DNA of 64,000 nucleotides, from the NCBI GenBank assembly GCA_011109175.1, contig RDEW01000046.1:347317-411316 (forward strand), in the 5' to 3' direction. The notes beneath the pieces are model-generated. The model had not been told where the DNA came from. It saw only the letters and a list, made by a program, of their open reading frames with translations, and ran no database searches. Shown piece by piece: positions 12,900 to 25,666 of this stretch (the first letter of the stretch is position 1; each line of letters begins with the position of its first letter). A program made the position numbers and the translations under genes. The DNA is from Dicyema japonicum. Taxonomy: Eukaryota; Animalia; Dicyemida.

Positions 12900-14030
12900 C
12901 GTCCTCTCCACTTTGCCCATCAAGCTTTCTTGACGACCAGAAGACAAGACATTTAAGGTAACAACTAACGGACCTTGAGCTTATTTTCGGAAAACACCGG
13001 TAGTTCTCTCAGAATCAAATATATTTGTCGCGTATCTGGGAGCGTCCGCTCTTGGCTGCAACGTTTTAGTTAGCCACCAGTTTCTTTCACTTGAAGGACC
13101 TGGAATAAATAAATCAACCTTCCATGTATAGAGTGAAATCTATAAAATTTGTGATAGAAGAGATGTCGGCTGGGATTCCCCTCAGCCAATGAACAAGAGT
13201 TCCCGAAGAGGTAGTAGACTGGACTATTGTGGGGGAAAATTGGAAATCTTCCTAAGTTGACATAAAAAGATCACTTAATAATCTGAATTCTTTAACCAGG
13301 CACACAAGAGATCCAGGTGCTAAAGATAAGGTTAGAGTAGGACTTACTACAGTAGTTCGGATGGAGGTTCTAAAGATGAGCGTCGTGAGGCTACTGGATC
13401 TATCGTATTAGAAGAAAGGATGAATTAAATGTTATAAGGTTGCCGATTTAGTTTGTTTAGGTTAACCGTGGAGTTCCTCAGGGGTCGGTCCTAATTACTA
13501 CCCTATTTAATATATTTTTATCGTCGTTCCCTCCCTCAGCTAATGTAGGACTAAAATGGCTCTCTATTGGAATGGTATCATAGTCTATTAGCACTTGTAG
13601 GAGGATAAGCTACCTTGGTGTTACTTTTAATTCCACTGTAGTTTCCTGGAACGTGTTTCCCTCATTAAGGTTGTACAGCGATGGGAGATCTTCAAAAGTT
13701 TCAGATAAACAGAGATACCAGAGGGTAAGTATTCAACGCCATAGTGCTGCCTATGCTTACCTATGGTGGGCACTCTTAGTATTTCAATGAGAATAATGAA
13801 AAGTGCTTAAAAATCCTGAGGAAATTCAGGAGACATGCAATACGGTATTCTTTATGAATGTTTCATAGGACGCCTTTTCTGATGAGACTTTTGGCGATTT
13901 TAAGGACCCGCAAGAGATCATAAAGAAGATAATGTGAAGATTTAATTTCAATAATCAATGGAAGATTACAGGCAAGAGGGAGACATTGGACGTCTTGAAG
14001 AACAGGTATAACTCTTCCCAAACTAATTTA
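12900..14030 (+). mobile_element. Degenerate LINE RT/C-terminus, same family as 42350-44620
   Basis: CRFSLFRL.RGVPQGSV, SYLGVTF and KVFNAIVLPMLTYG parallel the 42457-43296 ORFs. Confidence 0.7.
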
Positions 14031-14049
14031 TTGCCAATAACTCTGTTCG

Positions 14050-16100
14050 TTTATTATTATTATAAGACCAAGAAATCACCATTGAATCAAGAGGAAACAC
14101 GGCCTATGAGTTATCCCTGTTTCTCTCAGTAGCCTCATCATAGTTCGGTGTTCTTCTCTTGAAATCACGTATTCTCGCCGTACAGACAGGCCCTCATTTG
14201 AAATGAATTGCATGCCAGTCCTCCTGACTATGGTCAAGGCGTGTAGGGTCTTTCATGGTAGTGAAAACTTTTTTAGAGTTCCAATAACTACGGACTAGAA
14301 GTATTTGATCTTCTTTAACTTCAATATGAAAGAGTTTATGTACTATCCAAGTCCATCAACAAAATTCAATTTTTGGCAAAAGAACCTGTAACCACAAAAG
14401 TAATAATCTAAATGAAGTGACTCCGATGTCCATACTACGCTTTCTCCTGCTGTTAGTAATAATAAACTTGATAATTCTCCACAAAGGTTTCTACTTCTAT
14501 CTTGAGCAGGCTTCCAGATATAATCTGACTTAAGACCAAAGGGGATGTTTAGCAGACTTGGATATTTTAAGGAAGTCTGTTAGCATTCCGTAGACATCCA
14601 TGATTGGTGTGACACTTAGCGTTTTCCGTAACAACGGCAAAGTAATCTATTTCGAATCTACTAATATTCAAAGGCATTGGTTTTGTGTCGCTATCAATTC
14701 GCTCTGCGTTTGGCAATAAATACTGCACATCTTATTCGATGTTAGGTAAAACAAATTATTTGTGTAGAAACTCCAACGAAAAAATTGAGAATACTGGATA
14801 ATGTAAAAAATCCAAAAATTCCCATTTTCTTTTATCCTAGAGGCTACGAAATCCAGTTTGTGTAAATGATAACAGCGGGTCCACGGTGACTCCTAAGATG
14901 GAAGGGGTCTTCTTTGTGGAAATCGGGGAATCAACTAAATTGGTTGCTGACGTTAACCGTGTCTCTTTTTTTGAAGATGTGAATTTCGTTACATGTGATT
15001 TCCCTGGTGAAGAGACTTAAGCGGTTCTTTAAAAACCAAAGACCCACCAGGTTTAATGTCTCTTGTATGGACCGTGTCGCCATTTCAATGTTTTGTTGCA
15101 ATCATAAATGGATGTAGTATGAAGTAACTAAGAGAGGGAAGATCACTGAGTTAGGATCTTTTAGGATTCTGAATCAAAAGTCTTCTTTATATCAGACCAA
15201 ATCTTTCTTGTGGGTTAGGATTATTTAGGCATTCGGAAATTAATTGAACAAGTTTGGTCACATGAATTGTGGTTTAGTGTCTTGGACGGAAATCTTGTTG
15301 AAACCCGACGGACAGATTTTTTGAAGGGTCAGACAGATAGGCCGGTAGAGGGGAGACAGGTGGTTTTTTCTTCAGAATAGGGTATATCAAAGATTTATTT
15401 CAAATCGACGAAATCTTGTTTTTGTATATTGATAGATTAAGTTAGTCCTCCATTCATGGATGGTCCCAAGTATCGATTTAAAAACGAGACTTTGTCTGAC
15501 TCCAAAGACGACAGTTATTCACTTTCCTGTTTGCTGAATGCACAATAGACGGATCGAAGAGAATTATGGTGAAACGTTTAATCATTTTTGTGAAAAAAAG
15601 ATCGAGGTCTTTAAAATACGGTTTATGGCTGATGTTCACGTAGTACTTTATAAGTTTATTGGATTCATGAGCCTCCTTATCGATGTAATGGGAGAGGTAT
15701 TTTTCGTAACCTTTTCCAGCACGGTTTCCTAGCATTCTTTGTTGTGTTTTTTGATGGGGAAAACCAAACTCACTAATTCATTTATCCTGAGGCGTTCCAG
15801 CACAAACCTCACTGAAGCACAGTGATCCAGAGGGCGTTGTCCGGGTTCTGAGGTTGATTCCAGAACTCGCTGTCAGGGAGCAAAATTGTCTCCCGATGTA
15901 ATGAATAGATGTATCCTTTTGAATGCCTGCAAAGTATTGGGAGTAAGTTGGATCCAATGACGCAACCAGAGAGAAGGAATTAATTTATTTAGTTTTGATG
16001 TTTTTTCACTGACATAAAGTGCGAGATTATCCTTGATATTTCCCAGGTGCTCATAGTATGATCTACTACGGAAGAAATTGTTTAGAGGTGTGGATATAAT
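14050..16100 (-). mobile_element. Cluster of degenerate LINE fragments (3' tail, RT and APE pieces)
   Basis: (AAT)n tail near 14055, GFQQDFRPR..TTIHVTKL (QSGFR..STTD-like), and an APE-like start near 15750-15870. Confidence 0.5.
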
Positions 16101-16270
16101 TTTTCAAGATTTGGATGCTTATATCTCAGAATCTGTTTCAACCGCTATATCTAAGGATCCTGTTTAATCATTAACTACAGTTTCTAGTTATTTTGACAAA
16201 ATGAAAGCAGTTTTTTTAAAGGGAACTAATATTACAAAGTAATTAAAAATCATTTTAAAATGTAAATTCA

Positions 16271-17344
16271 CTACCGTTCTCGTATATCATTATAATCGCG
16301 ATTCAAAATTTTGAACAAATTCTTTATGATTAACTAGCAAATATAAACATTGGCCGACCATAAGCCAATAAACGTGAAGAAAGGCGAGAAATGTGCACAA
16401 AAAGCAGAAGAACTGTTGACATGTTTTGTATTCTATTGGCCAGTTGTATATAACTGGGAGGTTACAGTAGTACAAGATCATTCGAGGGAACAACAAATTT
16501 CTCATTAAAATCCTATCATTCAATACAGTTATTACCAAATAATCATAAATAGAACGTAAAATGCATTTTGCATGAAAATATAAAATCGCTTCCACTCAGA
16601 ATCGATTTAGCAAGATATGAGAAGGTTTTTGTGGTCCCAAGCAAAACATCGGTCGAATCGTGGATCGATAAAACCACACAACAGCTTACGTGTATTCTAT
16701 AAATATTAAATTGATAGAACTTGACCAAATCGGATCCATAAATAAGCAGGACAGTACAAATGTGGTGCATAACCAAAATGGGGAAGTCCGAGCGTAAAGT
16801 CTCCACAGAAAAAGACATCCACACAGAGCTAAGGCAATATGAAAGGCGAAACATGTGCAAGGTCGACAATGTTAGCGGTATCCGATGTAAAGTGAAAGGA
16901 TAATCTTAAATTAATGAGATAAAACCTCCAAGGGCCTTGAGGGGGTCAAGCAGGGACGCCGAGTTTCCTGGTTTGAGCACAAAGTAGATGATGAAGGGTT
17001 GCATTAGTCCCAAAAACAAAGTCTTGGTGAAGCTTTCGCTGATTTTCTTAGACAAGTCCAGCTTTATTTGATATCGCTTTTTCATAAATTCCTAAAATTC
17101 CAAAACTAAAGGATACCATTAAATAGTTCATAGTCGATATTCTTGCAAAAATCCAGAATAGAGATAAACCAATAAGCAAGATAAACTTAAACAGAGAATA
17201 ACTGTTGTTTTGCTCTCTTATCACGTAGTTGATGTGCCGCATGATAGAGGAAAATGTGAAATTTCCGTTATTCCACGTGTCAAGTAGGTTGATCTTTGTG
17301 TTATGTAGTAATTTAGTTAATGTGATAGGATGTGAGGCCTCCAT
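16271..17344 (-). CDS. CERS: Ceramide synthase (TLC/Lag1p domain, no Hox-like domain seen)
   Basis: Introns 17092-17116, 16905-16925, 16697-16720, 16513-16535 and 16334-16358 (21-25 nt). Lag1 motif RSDFPILVMHHICTVLLIYGSDLVKIHVSCCVVLSIHDSTDVLL, then NAFYVLFMIIWILMRNLLFP, LHVYWLMLIIK and C-terminal NDIRER*. One unexplained frame break near 16595-16611. Confidence 0.85.
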
Positions 17345-18159
17345 TGCGTCGACTAACGTTGCTTGCACAAAGCGATTACGATAATTTTGACGGCTTTTTA
17401 ATTTTATTTGAAAATAGGGTTAATTGATATTCGAAATTTATGTTTTTATTCGCAAAACCAATTCGGTTTACCAATAATATTTTAATAATAATTCCAAAGA
17501 CCACCAATAGGGCTTAATTATGCAAAACATAATAGATGCTGTTTATTTAATTCAAGATTTATTATGCAACTGTTCCGAACTAAAATTACATGGAATAAAA
17601 CAAAATGAGGCTTGCTTTCATGCTATTAATAATTCACGTGAACCACATGGCGCGAGAACTAAATCTGTTCTTTTTAATTTTCTAACTAAAAATAAATTAT
17701 ATCATTTATTAAAACAAGATAATTTATTATAACATTATTGACTCTCACAGAGATCAACTGGAGGAGCCACTGGATTTCACGGACTTCATGGCTTCAGAGT
17801 GGAGACATTAAAAATTAAACCCAATTTATCAAATTTAATAATTTTAATATGTGAATAAATTATTACGTAATAAAACAAAGTAATCCTATCATCACAAGAT
17901 TCAAATTTGGATAAATTATAACCGACTTGACCTATCTACTGAAAATTCACTTATTTACCTCAGACAAACGACTTGGACAAATGACCGTGGATATCAAGAA
18001 AGCTAGGGATAATCAAATCTATTTTTGGTTGTATTGAGATTTCTTTCCCAGCTTTGAAATTACTGTAAAAGCAATTCATTGAACCATCTGTCAGCTATGC
18101 CTGTGCGTCCTCGATAATCAATCTGTCCTGGACGAAAAAACAGAAAATCAATGACATTC

Positions 18160-19450
18160 AGTCCCTGAAAGCCACTTCTATTAGTGATTTCGGGAATTAA
18201 GTTGTTGTTTCCCTTGACAACTGCCAGAGAAATCCTTGGAACAGCCACTCGGTTTCCCGACGTTCGTTACTCGCTTTCGTTATCATGGACCCGAACGATC
18301 TTAGAAATGAGACGTCTTGGGCCCGAAGACTCCATCCGTCTCTACGACTATAGGATCTCGTTGAGAGGCTGTCACATTTTCTTATTTTAAAATTCTCTAA
18401 AGTTCGAGAAACTGTCAACGCGGAGTCTGAAAGTCTCGACTGGTAAAGGTGTCGGTGCAGGCTCCATCCAAATCAAACATTTCCCCCGAGAGAAGGGGAA
18501 GACATCTCCACGATGCATGTCCATTGGTTCAAGAGATGAGGGTTATCCAGTCGCCTCAAGAGAGTGTTTCACAACCCCATTGATGGTAGGTAGCATGCCT
18601 CGGGAACCGGCCACTGCTGAGACAAGAGAGAGGGTGAGAGATAATCTCCATGGAAATGGGTAAGCCCAATATCATAAGGTGTTTCAGATCGGTAGTAGAA
18701 GCATCGGGGAGAAAAGACATGATCCTCATCGTGATTTAGAAAATTCATCTTGCGAGTGTCCTAGATTACAAATTTCGGAAATACGTGCATTAATTTCGAG
18801 TCCGTTATTGCTAAGAATAGGAAAAGTATTTTTAGACTTTTCATAACCAACTCGGTTGAGTCACGGATCGTAGCATTGTCCAAATACCAACAATTGAAAG
18901 CAGGCAGCCTCGTCAACTGCCAAATCAAATAAAAGTGGATCAACAGGATCACCTTGTTGGATCCCACTATTCATTAGTTTGGCAGCAACCGCATTCTGAA
19001 GAAAAAACTTAGATTTCCTAAGGCTTGCAGATGTAGAAACTGCTACAATTGGTTAATCCAGTGCTATTAGGGGAAAAAGAAATAAGGAAATCTAATCCTT
19101 GGTCTCCAAAGGCAAAGCATCCAAGTCAATAGCCAGACTAGAGCATCAGCCGCTACCACCCCCATGGACTTTTGATTCCTCAAAGGAATACAACTCTTCA
19201 TTCGTAACCTCGACGCAAAAGTTGAATTTCTTGGACGAAACCTGACCGATAGACGACCCAGAAACAGGGTCAGACACAATTAGGGATTTCATACTTTTTG
19301 GATCTCAGACAGTCGGGACAAATCCAAGAAGACAAAAGTTTCAAAGACTGCCTAACACATCCCATGTAGAAGAACAAGGAACAATCAAACATCGGATCCC
19401 AAACTTTCGATCATACTCCTGGAACAAACCTTGGAGGTTTTATCTTATAA
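18160..19450 (-). mobile_element. CRE-like RLE retrotransposon copy C (RT to RLE, internally deleted)
   Basis: SGIQQGDPVDPLLFDLAVDEAA, FNCWYLDNATIRDS (WYLDD-type RT), RHATINGVVKHSL, FPFSRGKCLIW, VETDGVFGPKTSHFLRSFGSMITKASNERRETEWLFQ, RISLAVVKGN. Confidence 0.82.
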
Positions 19451-20579
19451 TTCAAGTAAAAAATATTTATCAAATTGCCGATTTAGCTTAATTTTTAAGT
19501 CCCATGTCACCATATCAAGGTCATATATTACTAATCGACCTTCAGATCCAATGTCATTAGACGTTGCCAGAAGGCCAAATATAAAGATTGGAGAGTTAAG
19601 CATGCTCATCACAGTCATTTTCGTATATTAGTGATTTTATCGAATAATTCGACGGATCACACACACTGGATAACTTTTATTTTTTAATTAAACTTAATCA
19701 CTAATCCAACGCCTCGTTTTTATTCGTAGAAGTAATAATCTTGAACAGACGGTCACGTTCCTAACTTATATACAATGAACAAGCATATTACGTCATCATC
19801 AAGTAAGCCCAAATGGTACAATCCTGACATAATATTAATAATACCAAAGACCACGGTTACATCAAACTAACTAATTACGTGATCCCAGCAAGTTCTAGCA
19901 GAGACCTCAACTTGGCCAGATGCTCCTCCATCGAGCCCAAATAAGCACGTTGATATTAGTTGTCACAACACCATGATCCTGGGTTATTATGTATCAAGGA
20001 TTCCAGAGGCATTGGAGACTGGGACTTTCAAAAAGTCCATCATTCCGTTATTTAGAGGCTCCTTTTTAACTTACGCCAAAAATCTCCCAAAGATCTTTGA
20101 AATTTTCTAATGGGATAACACTATTGTTTGTTTTTAAATCGACCGTCTGTCTTGTGACGGATTTTTTAGTGCTTGAAGACAGGCGGTTTTTCACCAACCA
20201 TTCGTTAAGGCGGTTTTGTTGCAATCTTGAAATGCAGTCTGGATGTCTCGATCACGTAAGCTATGATGAAAGTGAAAAGAATATCATTTTTAATTTCCGG
20301 TGTAGGAAGATCGCCAGGAATAGGATATTCATCCTCTCTTGAGATGTATCGAATAGTTTTCCAATCTTTTACAGTGTATCTAATTACGGTTCAAAGATGA
20401 GAGAACATACATCCATCTCGATTTCTGCGCTTTGAGCGTGTATTGTTGAAAGTCCGCAGTCCTAGTAGTTAATCGGACAGACTTTTTGAGTCCCCTGGCG
20501 TAGTTAAGCTGGCGTTTAGGCACAGATAGTGATCTCTAGGACAAAAATATGAAATTGCCCTAAAATAAGACATTTTATT

Positions 20580-23500
20580 TATTTAACCCAAGACCACGGT
20601 AAAACCAAACTAATTATCACGTGATCCCAATGCATTCTAACAGAGAACCCGGTGTTCCTCCTCCGTGCCCGCGCATGAACGTACAGGACGCCTGAATTTT
20701 CAGGACCACCTTTCCGTAATCTAAAATCTAGTCTCATAAGAGTCTCCAGAGGCGTAGGTCCGGTTAGGTGATCTTCACAAATCAAACGCTCCGCTACTCT
20801 GTAAGCCCTCTTTTGCATTTCCTCAATTTCCCCCATATTTGTCCAAAATATGGACGGTCCCCACGAGGCGCATGCATATGAGAAAAATGGTTGAATGTAC
20901 TGTTTGTACACGTTCATCAAGATTGGGTGAGTACCACTCTTCCATACTCTCGATAAACTTTTCAATACGTTCAGTTTCTTCTCGCATTTCAATAGAATGT
21001 TTTCTACGTATGGTGTCAAACAGAGATGCTTATCAATTGTCACACACAAGATCCTTTGATAAATGTTGGAAGGGATGCCAACCTTGTTTAACTTTAAGGT
21101 GACTGTCTTTCTTCCCAATCTTTTGTCAGAGGTAAAAAAAGTGACGTAGACAATTTCTCTGCATTCACCAAGAGCCGGCATTAAGCCTGTCAAGGTTAAT
21201 TTGTATTTTTACTGTGGCCTTCTGGATGTCCTGATCTCGCGAAGCCAACACAATATCATCCGCATAGGAAAGTAGAACATCATTATCAGATTCAATACTC
21301 GGGAGATCGGCCAGAAAGAGGTTTAACAAGGCAGGGGATAAAGGAGATCCTTGAGGGACCTCGTTGAAGAGAAGACGTGAGATTGATTTCAGACCTCCGA
21401 AGCAAACACGTCCCCTTTGTCCACTTAGGGAGTTAATAATCCAAAGCTTTAGCTTCCCTGGGGGTTGTAGGAAAAAAAGTCAAGTGAAAAAAAGGTTAAG
21501 CGGAAAAAAAGTCAAGTTGTTTTTTTTTAGTTTATATCGCATTTATGTGATACTACTAGCATCTTTTAATTTTTTTTAAATATTTAAAATGTTATAAACA
21601 TATGATTTTTATTTAACGTGAATCAACGGATTATTTAATGTGAATCAAAAGAATATTTAATATGTGAAGATTTTTTCACACATTTAAAAATTATATAGTT
21701 TTTTTGTCTCCGAGTGCTTTGTATACATAAAACCCTTAAAACAAATTTTCTTTCCTCCTTTGTTAGTTGATATTATCTCCATTTTGTCTCTTATTTTTGA
21801 GGCAAGCTTAATATTTAAAATACGCTTAATTATAACCTTAAAATCCGTATATTGATTAAATCAAAAAAGATTAAACCAAAGAGAAAAAAGTCAAGTCAAT
21901 TTTATTATTACTTTGAAATTCTTAAATTGATTTAGTCAAAGCGATTATACCAAGTCCGCTAACGAAATCACGGACTTGACTTTTTTTCCGTTTTGCGCTA
22001 AATTTCGAAAATTTATAAGTGAAAAATTTTCAAAAATAGAAAAAAAGCCAAGTATTGAAAAATTTTTAAAAATTAAAAGATGCTAGTAGTATCACAAAAA
22101 TGCGATATAAACTAAAAAAAGACGACTTGACTTTTTTCCACACTCCTCCCTGGGATCCCCGATTGAAATATTTTTCTCGAAAGAATCTTCCTCGAGACTG
22201 AATCAAACGCTTTATGTATGTCAATCGAGCAAAGCACTGTTTTAAATTGTCTCGGCTTGGTTGTGAATCCGGCTCGACTGAAGTCGCTCAATGTTTGTAG
22301 AATCTATCATTTTTGAATCCATGTTGAAAGTCCTCTCTGATAAAAAATATTTTAGTAGTGATACCGGGCTAAAAGACGCTGGGTCATCTCTCGGTCTTCC
22401 TGGTTTTAATTTTGGCCTTATTATTGCTTGTTTCCATAATAATGGTATCACAATCTGGTTAATCGAATAGTTGAAAACCGACATTAGAAAAGTGACTCCC
22501 CGTCTCCAAGATTTTTTAATAAAATAACAGGAATGTTGTCCGGTTCGTGAGAGCATGTCGTTTTTGCAGAATGTATTGTATCCCTCACCTCTCTCTCCGA
22601 AAAGAAGAGTGGTTCTGATAGTCTCTTTAGTTTCCTGCGTGATGGTAATGTATCAGACTTCATGTGCTCCTTGTGTGAAATTTTAGTATATAATTTTATA
22701 AAGTTGTTCACATCTCTTTGAACATAATCCTCATGTTGAAGTTTCATCGCCTTTTGCCACGTTTCGAATAGCTTTTCACACATCTCCCGTAGTGAGATTT
22801 CTATTTACTATTGTAAGCACACGATTCCACTTCACCTCTGGGCCTTGAGCTCTTTGCCTTTATTTCATTAATCAATGTTCTGATCCGAGTTTCATTCAAA
22901 AGTTATCCGGTTAGATTTTGAAGCTGATTTCCGTCTTTAATCTTCCCTCGACCACCGACGAATTTAAGTAATGTTTGGGTGTAGCCCTTGATCTTGCTTC
23001 CAAGATTATTTGGGTAAAGTAGCTGATGGCAATCTCCAGAGAACTGAAGCTATCCAAGTAACAATTCTTATTTTTTCTTTTGAAATTTCGCGATACAATT
23101 TCCAGTTAGCACCTTTGTAATTGTAGCTGCTAGGAATTCTCCTCACGTTGGCCTCTCTTTTGATCTTCACCACAGTTGGATTATGGTCGTTCTTGTTTGT
23201 GAACGACTGACCAGCCAATTTTTGATGAAAGCGACGCCCTGTGAGGTAGGTTTATGTCTTCTCAGTGGTGTCCTTGTATTTCTCGATGGATCATTCAATA
23301 TCGTTAAGGAGTCCGTTTGGACAACAATAGTTTTCCTCTCATGTAAGCTAGTTGAGTTGACAGCCATAAGGAATGCTTCGGATTCGAATCTCCGCAGATG
23401 ATGATCTCATCGAAGGAAGACAGTCTTTATGGTTTGGCATAACATAGCTCTTCGGGCAGTAACCAGGAGGCGGAATGTAGATATTCACAAGACATAGCCG

Positions 23501-24030
23501 ACGACCTTGACACTATGAGAGCCAGGGAAGCATGGAGAAAGATGACATCTAACATTGTTTCTTTTGCTACACATGCGGGGCTATAAGTAGTATGACTCTC
23601 GTGAAGTGCTTAAATAAATAATAAATAGTCTTCCTTCCATTGTCCCGAGCGAGATTCCAATTATTTCTGTAACATCATCATCTCCAACAAGTTTCCTTAC
23701 TTCCGAGATGTCTCTGCATTTCAAGTTTTTTTTGAATAGAGTGAGCAGACCTCCATCTCTTTTTTCTCTACGGTCCTTCCTGATTGCTTTGATCCTGGAA
23801 ATGTTGGGGTAGGGTCATTAAAAAAGAGTTTGGTCTCTTGAATCATTGCAACGGTAATCTTTTGACAAAGCCAGGAGTGAGCGGAGTTCCCTGATTTTTC
23901 CTTTAATTCCATTAATGCTTTTCTTTTCGATGGGCTGAAGATTTCCTCCGGGAAGGTTCGATCTTCCGCAAATGTATCGCCCGGGGACGAAAATGTCCCC
24001 AGGAGGATGGGGTCTATCGGTCCATGGTAA
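20580..24030 (-). mobile_element. Near-full-length degenerate LINE ORF2 (APE-RT-3' UTR), interrupted by a MITE
   Basis: INGIKGKIRELRSLL, VAMIQETKL, SIDIHKAFDSVSRKIL, EVPQGSPLSP and YADD, with the conserved 3' end GGGATCAC...ACCGTGGTCTTGGG. Confidence 0.85.
21463..22146. mobile_element. Non-autonomous DNA transposon (MITE) with about 75-bp TIRs and 8-bp TSD, Merlin-like
   Basis: TSD TCCCTGGG at 21455-21462 and 22147-22154. TIR GGAAAAAAAGTCAAGT...TTTTAGTTTATATCGCATTT.TGTGATACTACTAGCATCTTTTAATTTTT at both ends. Removal restores the LINE RT frame GIPGKLKLW. Confidence 0.88.
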
Positions 24031-24039
24031 TGTTGTATT

Positions 24040-24340
24040 TGAGTGACCTATATTTTTTTGACTGATATGCCAGTCATCCATCGGTTATAGTCCTCGTCCC
24101 GTAAAGTATGTGTCTTGTAATCACATCTTTCAAGGTTTCGGTCGATCTACAATGTTCAATAATTTTAAAAAAACCTATCTTGAACCTCTGCGAGAAAACA
24201 GCGCCCTGTTCCGCGCTCAATTCCTCCAAAAACCCCATGACCTTCCCGCCATTGACCGCGATGGTATTTGCGGTGGAAGAATTTAGACTCGTCGACTTCC
24301 ACGACTTTTGGTTATTATTTCTTCTTGTGGAATTATAATC
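24040..24340 (-). mobile_element. Merlin (IS1595/ISXO2-like) transposase fragment with a 28-nt intron
   Basis: KVVEVDESKFFHRKYHRGQWREGHGVFGGIERGTGRCFLAEVQDR|STETLKDVITRHILYGTRTITDG*LAY. The frame is restored by removing GT..AG 24147-24174. Confidence 0.87.
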
Positions 24341-24558
24341 TTTCTACTAGCTCTCACCATGTTATTCAAATTAATTCAAATATAAAGAGAAAGTTACTCT
24401 AAATATGTTTGGTGGACATTAGGTGCCCCTTGGGCGTTTCCAAATCCTTTTGAATTGGTAGACCAAATAACGCCACGGACATAATTATTTTTTTTAATTT
24501 TGTTATTATTTTTCCATTTCTTTTAAATAAACTTGTTTTGTTGTGTATTAGCAGTCTT

Positions 24559-24873
24559 GGCATAGTGGTTAGGTGTCGGGCTAAAGTGACTTAGGTTACG
24601 GGTTCGAATCTCGCTGCTGTTCACCTGGTGGAAGGTTCCACGCATCTACGATGCTAAAAAGGTTTGACGAGTTACGCCGTCGTCAGTGGACTCTCACTGC
24701 GGAACTAGATTGTCTAGAAAGGACCCACATACAAGAAAAAGAAAAAAGAAGTGAAGATCATTCCTTGGTTCTACGATTAGTTAAAATTAACTGTTCTTTA
24801 CTTAAATAAAGTGTGTGTCCTGCCTATGCGGAGCTAATACCACGGCTCTGTGAAAAAAGGCTGTCATTATTAT
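24559..24873 (+). mobile_element. tRNA-derived SINE, copy 2
   Basis: A and B boxes and a (TTA)n tail. 13-bp TSD TATTAGCAGTCTT at 24546-24558 and 24874-24886. Confidence 0.9.
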
Positions 24874-24889
24874 TATTAGCAGTCTTCAT

Positions 24890-25190
24890 TAATGACAGAT
24901 TATTTAAATCAAGTTTTGAGCCGCGTGGCGCCATGTGGTGCTTTGTGGCTAATTGTTGAAGTTTCTGTTTGTTCATTTGTTCCTCCTCTCTTTTCCTATT
25001 AGAGTGGCGTCATGTGATCCATCTGTTTAGGTGGCGCCTAGTGCCAGGCCGGCACGAAAAAGGATCATTTGCTCTCCCTTACTCCACTGGAGGGGTTTCC
25101 ACTACTGCAATTATGGACGTCTTTTACCCTTTATGTTGATTCCGGATGAACTCTGTGGAAGTGGAAACTGGATACACTCAATGAGTTGTT
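24890..25190 (-). mobile_element. Degenerate LINE 3' end
   Basis: GRANDPFSCRPG...RW resembles an RTE-like C-terminus, next to an (AAT)n stretch. Confidence 0.35.
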
Positions 25191-25430
25191 TACTTTAACT
25201 TCTTTCTAGGTGTATCCGGGGTTAATAAATTAATTAATGACAGGATTGTATTTTCTCAAGTAGATGTTATGTTAATAAAATTATATATTTTCTCAATTAT
25301 TAAAACTATTAGAACTCAGAAGCAAAAACAAGGAATGAATTTCAAAAGCAATTTCAAAAAACTCATACATACAAGAACACCCAAAGGAAATTTTGTCAAA
25401 AATGATCTAAGATAGTAAGATCATCTACAC

Positions 25431-25666
25431 CAGTGGTTCTCAACCGGGGGTCCGCGAAATACTTCTGAACCTTTATTTATCAGAGTATGTTTGTAGACAA
25501 CCGAGCCTCAAATTGAAAAAATTGCCTCAAAAAAACAACATCAACCTTCTCATTAATTTTATTTCCTTTTAATAACAAATTGTGTTTTTAGAAAAGTATA
25601 ATTTTTGACAAAAAACTTGCAAAAGTATGTTGGGGGTCCGCGACCAAAAAAGGTTGAGAACCACTG
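25431..25666. mobile_element. hAT (Charlie/MER5-like) MITE, 236 bp
   Basis: 15-bp TIR CAGTGGTTCTCAACC, 8-bp TSD ATCTACAC (25423-25430, 25667-25674), and subterminal GGGGGTCCGCGA at both ends. Confidence 0.93.

Noticed and set aside
17755-17800. ATGFHGLH resembling COX3 (possible NUMT)
   Set aside because: The match is only 8 residues and the flanks do not resemble COX3.
23945-23990. Possible fourth 2A motif (ICG..IEP..PG) at the head of the 20580-24030 LINE
   Set aside because: It needs several indels and lacks NPGP, so it is too degenerate to call.
7540-24620. tRNA genes at about 7540-7596 and 24559-24620
   Set aside because: These are SINE heads with a conserved downstream body, tail and TSD, and no complete cloverleaf is evident.
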